64,000 nucleotides of DNA. Source: Phoronis australis (taxonomy: Eukaryota > Animalia > Phoronida). The stretch spans positions 374,913 through 438,912 of the forward strand of contig NMRA01000047.1 of assembly GCA_002633005.1 (NCBI GenBank), read 5' to 3'. The position numbers were made by a program, and so were the translations under genes. The number at the start of each line of letters is the position of its first letter. The first letter of the stretch is position 1. Positions 52,401-64,000 of this stretch are shown here, piece after piece. Below the pieces are notes generated by a model. That model saw only the letters and a list, made by a program, of their open reading frames with translations. It had not been told where the DNA came from and made no database searches.

Positions 52401-53173
52401 AATTTTGCGACCTGGCATTTACGAATGCGAGCTGGATTTTGAAAATGCGACCTGGGATTTTGGCTAGGTCGTAAAATGCGACCTGGAGATTTTAATAGCG
52501 TCGAGCCCTGCTATCAACCAAACTGCTCTAAGTATGATTGTGAAAATTGGCATGTATGTTCTTACTATGAAGAGGACGGTTGACGCTGAATTTCCCATGA
52601 CTTTGATTACTATGGCGCCTCTTAGTGGCAGTTTTTTTTGCGCCCATGGCTGTATCTCCCAAACTGTTTGCAGTAGCTTTACTAAATTTAGCAAGTGTAT
52701 TTATGTGATGTTGACAACGGACGATGACGACTTTAGGATGATTCTGACTACCGGTATGCCTCTAGTGGCAATTTTAGTATTTTACATTGACCTCTGTATT
52801 TTCATAGGTCTTCAGGTGTATACTTTGTGTTACTTGTTACTTCGTGACTATGAAGGAAAAGTTCCAAATAGAAATTTGTTTCTGGCATTCTAATGCTGTG
52901 CTAATCTCGTATGTTGGTAAATTTGTTTTAAATTCTATATTTCTGTGGTGCTTTAAGCAACTGATGTATAGAATGTGCTTGTATTATGAAGATCACTCAC
53001 ATTTTGCCCCTAGCCTATTGAGGAGACAATAACCATGCCTTTCCATTTTGCAAAGTACAACATACTACATATATGCCCTCTACTGGCCACTTTATGGTAC
53101 CAATAAACAACCCTAGAAGGATACCGTATATGGTGCAATTGTGGGCGCATTTCAACGCTCTGCGTTGCTCTTG
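49477..53173 (+). mobile_element. Helentron-associated non-autonomous element (HINE/DINE-1-like) with internal satellite-like array
   Basis: SubTIRs ATGCGCCCACA (49479) / TGTGGGCGCAT (53140); GTCC-type microsatellite near the 5' end; diverged units of about 150 bp (GAAATTTGG...CCCCTAGTGGC); 3' hairpin CAACGCtctGCGTTG followed by CTCTTG|TTTT. Confidence 0.75.
50321..52510. mobile_element. hAT-like non-autonomous element with a 5-bp TSD (hAT5-like), 2190 bp
   Basis: TIR CAGGGCTCGAC ... GTCGAGCCCTG with CTATC directly on both sides. The empty site CCCTCTATCAACCAAAC survives in a sister repeat unit near 49865. Subterminal TGCGAC/TGCGAG motifs. Confidence 0.8.
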
Positions 53174-55509
53174 TTTTTTAAATTAGAACTTGTCCAAGAC
53201 ATTTTAAATTAATTGCATTTAGGATTATGATTTAGAAATATGTAGAGCTAACTTATCAGATGCTGGTTTCTATTTAGTGATTAAAATGAATAAGGTTTCA
53301 TCCAGCTCTTTAACTCATGCCTTCTTTTCAAATTTAATAAGAGGCTTTAAATAATGCCACATCACAGAACGTTCAAGTACAATTATGAATTTATTGATCC
53401 ACGATGGTATTTTTTTCGAGTTTCTGAGAATATTCCAGCAGATATTTATTCTTCTTCCGGTTGCGTCTGTTCTTCCCGTGGTCTCCCACAATTTCCTCTA
53501 TACTTGCTAAATGTGGTTTAATCTCCTCGAAGCTCAGCAGAAAAAAAAATTAGTCGACTAATTCTTAAAAAGATTGAAGGATGAAAAATATGAAAGATTA
53601 GACAATGTAATAATTTGCTATGAAAAAATTTCATACAAGCCACCCAATGACCCAATACACTGAAAAACGCAAAAACAAAAAGAGTGCTTACAGTCCGTGA
53701 GGGTGTGACAAAAATGCTCAATATAGTAGGTTACAGATTCTTACCGCTTGAAAATTCACGGTATCGGCTTTTTCAACAGAAACACAACATACATGTAGCA
53801 GGTCGAAGCAGAAATAACATGATTGTTGATTCCAGTGCAATAGCAACTTGACATGTATTCCTTTAGGTCTCTTGTTATTTGCTATATACTCTAGAACACC
53901 TTAGGATTTCTTTTGTATGAATATTTTTGCATCCTGAATTTCCCAAAAGCTAAGCATTTCTGTACTTACACGGGGTACCAACAGAAAAACAATAAGTTCA
54001 TTAAATTAACATTTTGTTTTATTTACATTTTATAATGTGGTATAACTGTTTGATTTTAATAAGTTGAATTCTACTAAGAATAACTAGATGACATTGTAAA
54101 CTATAAGTTTTCTGAAAATAGTTTTGAAGTTGAAAAAAATCAATGCATTTAAATGAAATCTGTAGCAACTTCTTCACTTAATTTTAAAGGTGCCTTTGTA
54201 ATATTTTATGGTTTTAAGGTTCTCAGGTGTGAGACACATTTTATCATGCAAGTTTAGAAAGTAAAAGTATGACCTAAGATTATTTTTATTGGCTGAAAAA
54301 TTTCAATTTCATGAGTGTGACGGACGTACTTGACGGACGTACAAATTTGCTGTACGTCTGTCACACAATTTCTGACTAAACGAATAACTCCTGGGATCTA
54401 AAATTTTGGACAATAGTAATGACTAACAAGTTAAAAGAGAATCTGAAATAAAATTATTTTAATTTTGATTAAAAACTTTAAACGTAACTAAACTTTTTAA
54501 CACTTTTTTGTGATGGACGTACGGCACCATGATATCCAGGAGTTGACCTTTGACTCCAAGAGGTCATTGATGTGCCAAAGTTGAAATATTATTTTTTATA
54601 AAGTTTGGGGTTCACGTAATTGCACAAAATTGATAGTATAGTGAAAACCCCATAATTAGCTTTTTTATGACAGTAATTAACAACACACATGAAAATCAAG
54701 CTCATTTTTTGGGGTCAAGTGACTCCCAAAAATGGGTCCATTTAAGCAAAAAATTGAAAGTTATAAGACAGTCAAATATGGGTCCCGAAACTAGAGAGAG
54801 AGGGCTTTCAGATGAGACCAGAAATGTTGGTGTAGCCAGAATTTTAATTTTTTGTGTCGAGGTTGACCTTTTCATGGAATTGTCCTTAACAAGAGAAGAA
54901 ACCGCCAATTCTCAGAATGACCATGGGGTAAGAACTGGTTTCTTTGATCAAGTATATATAAAACAAAGTCATGAATTTATGACGTGTAAAAAAGTTCAAC
55001 TGGAGCCATCTGATAAATGCCTAATACGTTCTGTCAAATGTTGGAAAGATGTATGTACCTATGTTCTTTCTACACTTCCTGGCCTTCTTCAGAAAAAATT
55101 GAATACGTTGTAACATATCTGCATGGTAATTTTTGCATTGGAACATGGGAAAATATTTCGTCCAGACTCTTCAGTTCTTGTTGTGGGTTGTGGAGGTACG
55201 TTTTCGGTTTCAAGTTTGCCAAGAAATTGACAGCATTGAATCCAATGATCACTTGACATGTCATGAAGATAACACTTGTTTGTATCTGGAGAAGAGATGT
55301 TGAACATCTGATATTGGCTGAGAAATCCCATAAAGTCTGTGAGAGCCTCTTTAGTGAGGGGTGGGTGGCTGGGGTTTAAAGCCAACTTTAAAGGAGCTTT
55401 ACTGTTAAGCCTACTGTTGACTCTATCTTCAATTTGGGGGTCTTGAGACTTGTAAGTATGAAAAAGATTTTCACTGTTTGACAAAATTCTTAAGCACATG
55501 GCAAAGAAA

Positions 55510-56260
55510 AGTCCCGTCCACTCACAGACTTACCCTAGAATAACTTGCACTTAAATGCAACTTCGTGCCCCTTTAAAGTGGAGTGTCCACAAACACATAT
55601 CCTATAACTAGGGTAAGGCGGAAGTTGTCACTCTGTGCATGACAGTGATGGAAAAAAGAAAACCTGCCTGTATGTAACCACAGCAAATAAAAGTACTTTG
55701 GCCTTTCCCCAAGGTTTTGGCCACACAGCCGCATAGTAGTGACGCAATTGTTACCCTAAAACAAGGTACACTACCTCGATAAGGTACGTGGAGTAAATGT
55801 CCCAAGTGGGGAAATTGCACTTGTTTAAATAGTGTCCAGATAGCCCCCAAACCCAGCGACAACTCATTTTGGGAGTAACTTATTCTAGGGTAAGTCTTTG
55901 TGTGGATGTCACAAGTAGGGCAAGTTGCACTAGTTCAAATAGCGTCCACACATCTCTCAAACCTAGTGACAACTCTCGTTCTAGGAGTACGGTAACTTGT
56001 TCTAGGGTAAGTCTGTGTGTAGATGTCACAGGTGGGGCAACTTCCACCAGTTTGAATACTAGTAGCATCCTCACTGCCCTCAAACCAAGCGACAACTAGT
56101 TCCAGGATTTACTTGTTCTAGGGTAAGTCTTTGTGTGGATGTCACTAGTAGGGCAAGTTGCACTAGTTTAAGTAGCGTCCACATAGCCTCCAAACCTAGA
56201 GTGACAACTCGTTCCATGAGTAAGTTGTTATAGGGTAAGTCTGTCTGTAGAAGGCACTAA
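55510..56260. repeat. Diverged tandem array of about 110-118 bp units with one inverted partial unit
   Basis: Recurrent TCTAGGGTAAGTCT(T/G)TGTGT(G/A)GATGTCAC...CAAACC...GACAACT at about 55884, 56001, 56117 and 56229; inverted ACAGACTTACCCTAGAATAACTT near 55523. Confidence 0.8.
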
Positions 56261-57766
56261 GGAGGATTGCAATATTTGTGAAAGAATTTGTGTAATTACT
56301 CCAGGTGGCACTGCTGTGCATTCAAAGGTCCTCTTTAAGTTTCGTCACATATTGCTAGGATGATTTCTGTCGTACTTGTCTGGATTATAGCTCAGGATGC
56401 CCAAGTTGGGAACACAAAAATCAGGAGGTGGGCGTTAAGGCGGCCTTTATCCACTTATCATTCAGTCAAATCGCAAATGGTTTCAGGCATTCTAAAGAAC
56501 TTGCAGTGCATTATTGGTTGGTGTAGGGCTCTGCACTAGTTGGGTTATCACAGGGTCATTTTATGTTGTGAGCATGGTCTTGCAAACCGTGGAGAAATTG
56601 CTTCTCATCTTATTAAGGAACAAGCTGAGATCAGTTTATAGGTGGTATCTAGTCAAAATAAAGTTTGAACAGAAGTTGGGTTTATAGCCAATTAAAACCA
56701 AATTCGTAGTTGGTTGTTTCCCTGAACCGACGGCCAATATGGATAAATGCTTCAGACTCCTGTTTAAAAATTGGTAGTTTATACAGAGGTGAAAAATTTA
56801 ATAACAGTTTCAACGAAAACATCTATAATAAAATATCGAATTGTATTACGAGATGTTTTCTCTCCATTTTACTCAGCATGCAGGAGGAACAAGGAGAACT
56901 GGAGTTGTGACACTGGCAATATGTGTCTATAAGATAACACAGTGAGGCTTTAAGCGAAAATAACGAGGTTACTGTTATCACAATAACTGCTGTGTTCACA
57001 TGCTGGGCAATTTTTCACCTATTTAGCTCACAGTATAGCAGACGAGTAGAACTTCATTTTGTCTAGTTTTTGAACAAAAATAAGGTCCAAGAAAAGTTTA
57101 GTCTGTTGTTAGCTAATAGTTTGTAGTGGGCAGATGTCATAAAACAGCATTTAGTAGAATTTATTATCTGTGCTGTATAGAAAGTTAAGTAATCATTGTT
57201 TGAAAGATAGAAAAATGGGATTTTGGCAGTTGTTTTTGTTCGAATTCAAAACATGTTGCATTCAGGGACACAATTTACAAGGTATTTTGAATTCCACCAT
57301 ATTGGACTTTTGGTACCAGTTAAGAGTTGCTGAACTAATGTTCTTGCTACCGAGACAATGAACAGGGTGACATTAACAAGGCATTGTCATTGGAATAGAC
57401 CTGTCATGAAATAGCAAAGCGCCACTCTCATTCTAAGGTATTAACACACAATGCAACAAATATCAAAGCTTTCTTGTTGTCATGTCCTAATGCAGAATAA
57501 CTTGCATAATTGCATTTTGAGCTACAATGCTGACACCACAAAATTGGCAAAAGGTGTGTACATATGAGTGCTGGATGTGCTTCCCTTGTTTAGTCAACTT
57601 TCGAGTTCTTGACCTTTCGAAAAGTAGGCCAACCTTGCAATGTATTTTTCTACCTCTGAAAGAGGAGATTTCTCCTAAAGAAGGGCCTGTTGTTTTCATT
57701 TCTTCCACAATTTGTAGGACATTGACTGGTAGCATGAGGTAGCACCACCCCCACGTGTCAATCAAG

Positions 57767-60700
57767 ATGGGTTCCCGTGCTAACTCAAGGGGCGTGCTCA
57801 TGCGTTCAAAGACTCCTGTCATCCATGAGGATGAATTGTTGCTTGGGGGTCACACAGAAGAGACGTCACTTCTGGGAGACTTACAGAGTAATGGCAAAAT
57901 GAGGTAAGTGTAGATCATATGTCATGCATGCAGTTCTCTCTTTGTTGAAGAGGCTTCCATTTTCATCAAGTCATCACACAAAGTCTTGATAGTGTCTTGG
58001 GAAAGACAACTTTTAATCATTCTCAAACTACGTTTTACATATTTTCCATTATTGTCTAGGTCATTGTTTTATCATTATGCACATCTTTCAGTTATGTACA
58101 GGTGTTGCAGTTATATACCATCCACATTTGCAATCTTGTGTGAAACTTCATGAAAGTAATTTTAAGAACTTGGAGTAACTACAATTACTACATCTGTTGA
58201 AAATTTTGCAATAAGATCCACTGAGTCAATAATTTAGTTGTGCAAAATTAGTAATAAATACTCATTCACCAACTTCTAAAGTGCAGTGTAAACAAAACAG
58301 ACTGAGGATTATAAGGGTGTACTGCATTTGAGCTTATTTGTTCATTCAGGACTGGGGTATTCAAAACCCATAAGAGATAATAAAAACAGTTATCTTCTCA
58401 GCCAAGACCACACACCCTTTGTTAAGTTGTGTTTACTGATCAGTCCATCTGTGATAGTTGTATAGTACAGAACATGGTTCAATAAGAACTGCTTTCACTG
58501 AATAACCTTACTTTTCAATTTAAAAGGCCTATTGTGTGTAAAGACATATCTGTCTGCAAAACACCAACACGTTATGCAGACTAGTTACTCCTTCCAAGTC
58601 CAAAATGGTTACCCTGACCCAGTAGGATGACAAAAAAAAAATCTTGTGGTCGCATCTCCTGAACTGATTACAGAATTTTTATGTTGTTTGAATGAAAATC
58701 TTGTCACCTCACGGTGAGCTGGTTGTTTATTCATTGTAGCGAGAACTACTATCTTTCATGGGTCGTTATCGATATAGAACTCGTGAATATTATTTTTTCT
58801 TTTAAATAAGACTTGAAACAGCGTAAGGGGTGGTTTACATTTTAAACTAGTGTGGTTCATTGGTGGGGGTTGTTTGCATGATCTTCTCCGCTGTTGAAGA
58901 ATAAATCTAGCACGTCCTAGCACATAGCCTGAAACAGCTAGCTAAAACGTAAAGTCGCTCTGGGTCTAAAATGGCAAAAGAAGTGAAGCTCACTTTCTCA
59001 GCCCTCTAAATTTCTATTTGGAGTCAACTCAGTGAAACCATCATATACTCAAATGTCAGTCTGCCAGTTTTTGATAAACAGGCTTCTTGTTGACAGCAGG
59101 ACTTATACAAGTCTATTGGGGAAGTATAAGGTGCTCTGAAATAGGCCAAATTAGCCAATCATGGGCCAGATTAGCCAGTTCAGATCTATGTTATGATGCC
59201 GACTTGAGCCTCTTTTTGGCATTGAAATATTAAACGTTTATACATTTTAAGAAAGGATTATAGAGAAATTTATTTTCAGATAAAATTGTTTTATTAAATT
59301 GTGATAAATCCTTTAGGAATCGTTCAGGAAGTGATGTGTCAAATGTGACGCGGTACCTCAGTGTGGACCTGACTCATACCACAGACAAGGCGTCCAAGAC
59401 CGGCAAATTGCGTCAAGTGAAAGTATGGGTTTTATTCAGCATCACCGTGGTGTTCTCTGTAAGTTCATTTATTTTCAGATTAGAAACGATGATCCTAAAC
59501 ATGTTTCACTACAAGGATGCCAAACCTGACTTTGATCCATTAATATTTATTGCCACGAATAAATGGCCGGAATGATCTAAATTTTCCACCATGACTCCTG
59601 AGTGCTAGAGAAATTCACCATCGAAGTAGCTTTCTTTATGAGTCATGATAGGACATTATGTGTTATGACGAGGAAACGGGTTTTGTTTGCTTTGTTCTGT
59701 TCCTGAACAGAATGAGTCTAGTATACCGACGTCTGGTTCCAGCTTCCACAAAACTTTAGTTGATGTCTGGTTCTAGCGACCTCCAAACTTTACTCGAGAC
59801 TCCACTTGAAAATTAACCAGTCACATCTTGTGAAAGTGGAAAAAGGCTCAAGGCAAAGCCTGCCATTGGTCAATTTTTGAGTTGAATCTGAAGTAAAGTT
59901 GGGTGGTCAAACGCCCTCAGATCTTTCAGTCAATTCTTGACATAGATCACCCATATGTGACTCTACACCAATTCGCAAAGAATGGATTTCCTGTGACATA
60001 GTGACATTCTCTGACAAAACTTGCTTGCCTGAAATTTTGTGACATTTTAAGAATTTTGTGACAAATTGTGTGCCAAGTAGTTAGTGCTGGTGTCATGTTG
60101 GGTTACAGTTATTTTATGTTGCATCAAGGGATGGGTCCTTTTGTCAGAAATTTTAAAATTGTGGAATTCATCGTTCAGTCACCGAAAAATATTGTGTCCC
60201 GCGTACATGACAAAAGCAAATTTGTTGTGACTTATAAATGCAAAGAGCACCAACAGAGACTTCCCTGTGACATTTTGGAAATTTTGAGGTGTGACAAATT
60301 GTGATTCGCCATTAAACACGAGTCCATTCTCTGCAGTAATGGGTACTCACAGTTCATCACTCCTTGTTTTGCAGGTACTGTTTGTTATCAATGATGATGC
60401 AGCTGAAACATCTAATGTTGTCCATGTATCCAGCGCTAGGCCGTATGGTGAGTACGCGGTGGACGATGTATCCAGCAATGTCTACACGCTGGTTGGTTTT
60501 TCCTTTTGAAACAAATATTACTTTTTTCTTTGCATTTCTTGCCATTTTCCCATCCACACGAATACGCTAAACATGTGACTGACAACTCTTTTTTTTCTTG
60601 TGTCGAAAAAGTTTTCCCTGCACAGAAGTACATTTAATTGTTATGTCAGTGTTGTCAAACAGTTGCTTTTTCACCTGTGTGCATGTTCGTGTGGACGTGA

Positions 60701-62072
60701 GCATGTGTGTGTGTGTGTGTGTGTTGTGGAAAAATAAATTTCTCTACAAAAATATTTAACAAAAACTTACTTCTGGTTATTATAATTGTTGTCAGTAGAG
60801 TTCGTCACTTAAAATTGCTTTTAAGCATTAAATATGGTTATCGTGAAATACATTCCAGTTGAAATTGTTGTAACAATATGAAAACAAAATAAAGTATTTG
60901 GTTATAACTCAATAAGGTTTTGTGCAAAAATTCTCTCTTCAATTCTGTGCAAAGGATTGCAATTTCCACTTTTCAGAAAGTTGCATACGTTGCCATCTTC
61001 GTTAATACTCATTCAAAAGTTAACTCAAGTTTTGTCTTGTATTGGCTATTTAAACAGTCATACTAAAAATTGCAAGGTTTTCTCAATATTTATCCTTTGT
61101 TGAGGAAATTCACAAAGTGAAACATTTCCTGTCTTGCATTTTGAGGGCTGAATTGAAAATTGCTTACCATGTATTTACCATAAGCATGTACAGTATGCAT
61201 GAAACTTTACTGTTTTGAAATTTGCAGTCACCAACATATCTGATAAGCCTCGTGATCCTGTAGTGATGTTGAAAGTGACTGGCCCATTTGTTGATCTCCA
61301 GGATAACATGTCTTCCTCGATAGACAATATCACCTTCTGGATTCACGACAGGTGGACACAGTCAGTTAAACCACAGGTACAGGTTGTGCTAAATTCAAGT
61401 TAAATTCCCTCACATTACCACACTTAGTTCACACGCCGACTTGAAAATTTCAGTTTTTGCCACCTGACAAAAGAATCAATTGAATGTTTTCTGTAAAAGC
61501 AATGAAAATGAGTGTGCCCAGACAAAGAAACATGAAAAAATATATTTTACATGAATTGTCGACCAATCTATCTCAGAGGAGTAAGGGCAAAAGGTATGAA
61601 AATACTGTTTTAAAAGCCATGTCTACTAGATAAAATTTTCATCTTGGACGCATTGTTCAAGCACAGGATTTGATATGAACAGGAATGTCGCAGTTGCGAA
61701 AAAACAATATTTAAGATGAACAGTCATGACTGCAGAACCGTAGTTGTAAGTTCAATCATTCAAAAGTATACTTCATGTTATTTTTAGTCCATTCCCATAT
61801 GATTGTGTGCTTGGCTACTTTGTGGCGACGTGGGATTTTTACTAGGTCGCTAAACAAAATCTGAGGTTGCATTCTTGGTGACTTGCACGTCATCACATCG
61901 AGCCCTTTTACTTTCCACTATCAGTTTATGCCCTGCCATTGAAATGTTCTAGGTGATTCTTATATGAAGTATTTCTTTGTTGTCTCTGTTCTGTGTTGTA
62001 GAGATTTGACTTGGCCATAGACCCTTCATCAAACAGCAAGTCTCAAAAGACCAAACAGTTTGTTTTTGACAG
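57767..62072 (+). CDS. OCA2: P protein / OCA2-like melanosomal-lysosomal transporter, N-terminal exons (3'-partial; continues beyond the last exon found)
   Basis: Exons 57767-57903 (MGSRANS...EETSLL...), 59317-59458 (...KLRQVKVWVLFSITVVFS), 60375-60447 (VLFVINDDAAETSNVVHVSSARPY), 61228-61376 (VTNISDKPRDPVVMLKVTGPFV...), 62002-62072 (RFDLAIDPSSNSKSQKTKQFVFD); phases compatible. An acidic-dileucine tail, TM1 and luminal loop align by eye with human OCA2 [60 protein letters not shown] (from memory). Confidence 0.8.
60704..60724. repeat. (TG)n microsatellite
   Basis: About 10 TG units. Confidence 0.9.
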
Positions 62073-62596
62073 GTTTGTTATGTTTATGTTCCCTCATATA
62101 AAACTCCACGAGAGGGCGCTCTTTCACTGTTTTAATTACACATATTAACTTAGCTTCATTTGTTAAGATTATGTAGAACCTTATCGACAAGTCGGTGAAT
62201 GGAGCCAAGTATCTACACAACTATAGATTTTAATTTAGCTAATATTAACTGAAAGTACATTAGGGTTTGGCTATTCAAAACCTATAGGAGGTAATAAAAC
62301 CTTTGTTAAGCTGTAGTGTTTACTTACACAAGCCAATTGGGTATGACTAAGAGCCCACTTCACAAAGAACTACTTTCACTAACCTTAGGTGTCAATTTTA
62401 AAAGACCTTCTGTGTAAATGACACCGATTATTTACAACCATCCCCAAATTTTAAGCCACTTTATGGAATAGTTATCCCCTTCAAGATCAAAATGAGCCAG
62501 AACAATTTTGATTGAGGACTTAACATCAATCTGAAGTCAATTGGGTCGCATGAACATGTATTTTAATTTAGTAAAATTTAGCAGGAGTGAAATTAA

Positions 62597-63320
62597 GGTA
62601 GATTAATTAGTGGAACAACAGTATTGATTACACGATCAAGTTTTGTTTTACATATAAGTATTCAAGATGAAATTTCAAAAACGCTGTTACATTTTTCTAA
62701 ATTATCATTTCGCTTTATACAAATTTAAATTTTTTATGGAAGTCTTAATTTTCCTTAGTTCCTCGTGCAAAAGTAGAACATTTTGAAAACTGTACAATTC
62801 TTAAGAGCATTTTGGAGAACAGTACCTACAGTATGGTATCTGAAAGTGTTATATTAATATGATCAGCCATTTCCCAGATAGGAAATTCTTATTAGTTTAA
62901 CAGCCTAATTTGGTCAAATTTAGCAACTAGAATTAAGATATACCCGGTATTCATTGATATCAAAAACAAAACTACAGTGATGTCAGTAACATGTCTTGAC
63001 CAAATTTTATTTGATACGTTCAATTTTCAAGATGGTGAAATCTCAAAATTGCTGTTGCAGTTTTTTTTAATTATTTCGTTTGCGTTTTACACAACTGCAT
63101 ATTAATTTTTCTTGAAAATCATAAAAGTCCTTTTCTTGACAGCCTGTCATGCAAAAAGGGATAATTTGGAAAACAATTTCTACCAGTGTTTTAAAGAACA
63201 GTTTAGATAGCATAGATCTGAAAGTTTCATGTGAAACTGATCTGTCATTTCTAAAATATAATGTACTGAAGTCAGCCAAATTTATACATTTTTCTAGGTT
63301 CCTACATAAACCTAAAGACA
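62597..63320. mobile_element. AT-rich Kolobok-like remnant, same family as 42000-42520
   Basis: TTAA|GGTAG start plus the shared internal blocks noted above. Confidence 0.45.
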
Positions 63321-64000
63321 ACTTTTGGAATATGAACTGAATTCAATTTTGTGGTCCAAAAATTCAAAAGTAGGTTTCGAATATTACAAATTGGACTTGT
63401 AGACTTAAGGCTTTTGTTTGTTTTTCATGGAATAGTTTTCTGACTGTAGACAAAATTTTAAATGCGATACTGATTCAGTACTAACAGTGAGGCTCTGCAA
63501 GGGTGTCTTTCAAATTAGGAGATGTGCTACAGTAATACAAGAGTGCGCTTTGATGTTGTGAATAATGATCCTTGTATAAAGCAAACACAATCAAAATGGC
63601 CACTATTGATAGTGATTGGATGGACATACTGTAATGTTTTGGTACATTGACACCAGGAATGCTGGTTAATTTCCATTGTGACGACAGATGTATCTGCCAA
63701 AGTGCCTCAGCAGTGGTTGGTATTGACTGAAGGGGTCTCAGGTGTTGTTTCCGGAAATTGACCCTTTATGCAGGGTGACCCCAAAGTGATCCAAAAATTG
63801 TATACATTGTTCATTAACTTGAGGATGTCGTTTAAATTGTCTGCACTTCCTTTACATTTTTGAGCTTTCGGTAGCATTGCGCAATAAATTTTCACTCTCT
63901 GAAACTGAGTTGTTTGTTATATAGTCATTCTGAGCATATGACCTTGCCCTTCCTTTCACAAACATGGTGTAACCATGCAGTAAGCTTAGCGCTGAGTCTG

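Larger units (their letters stand above)
48621..54885. mobile_element. TTAA-targeting non-autonomous DNA transposon (Kolobok- or Sola-like) hosting nested insertions
   Basis: TTAA|GGGCAATTCCAT ... ATGGAATTGTCC|TTAA (12-bp TIR, one mismatch). The motif GTGA(T/C)GGACGTAC recurs at about 48636, 48801, 48996, 49009, 54317 and 54510. Confidence 0.7.

Noticed and set aside
59423-59430. Donor AAA|GTATGG ending the second OCA2 coding exon
   Set aside because: It would delete half of TM1; the downstream TCT|GTAAGT at 59458 is stronger and fits the OCA2 alignment.
63707-63895. Nested antisense exon in an OCA2 intron
   Set aside because: Acceptor-like site present, but no recognisable product or partner exon in the window.

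Overview
AT-rich animal (invertebrate-type) genomic DNA with GT-AG introns and many transposon remnants; no prokaryotic features. Four spliced genes were reconstructed by hand with phase-consistent junctions, none checked against transcripts or databases. (1) The 3' exons (1273-3057, +) of a probable Kyakuja-Dileera-Zisupton (KDZ)-type transposase, whose catalytic core should lie left of the window. (2) Facing it tail-to-tail, an intact 10-exon, 426-aa gene (18803-7868, -) that the ORF track only shows in pieces. It joins an HDX-like divergent homeodomain, an HMG box, a GTF2I/TFII-I-repeat-like domain and a C-terminal chromodomain. (3) A complete 8-exon, nine-finger TFIIIA gene (GTF3A, 40880-32767, -). 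(4) Head-to-head with it, the 5' part of an OCA2/P-protein gene (+). The most interesting hypothesis is that (1) and (2) form a large, intron-containing two-gene DNA transposon carrying its own chromatin-reader protein. The window also holds a three-level nested transposon stack including a 5-bp-TSD hAT-like element, several MITEs, tRNA-like SINE heads and perfect minisatellites.
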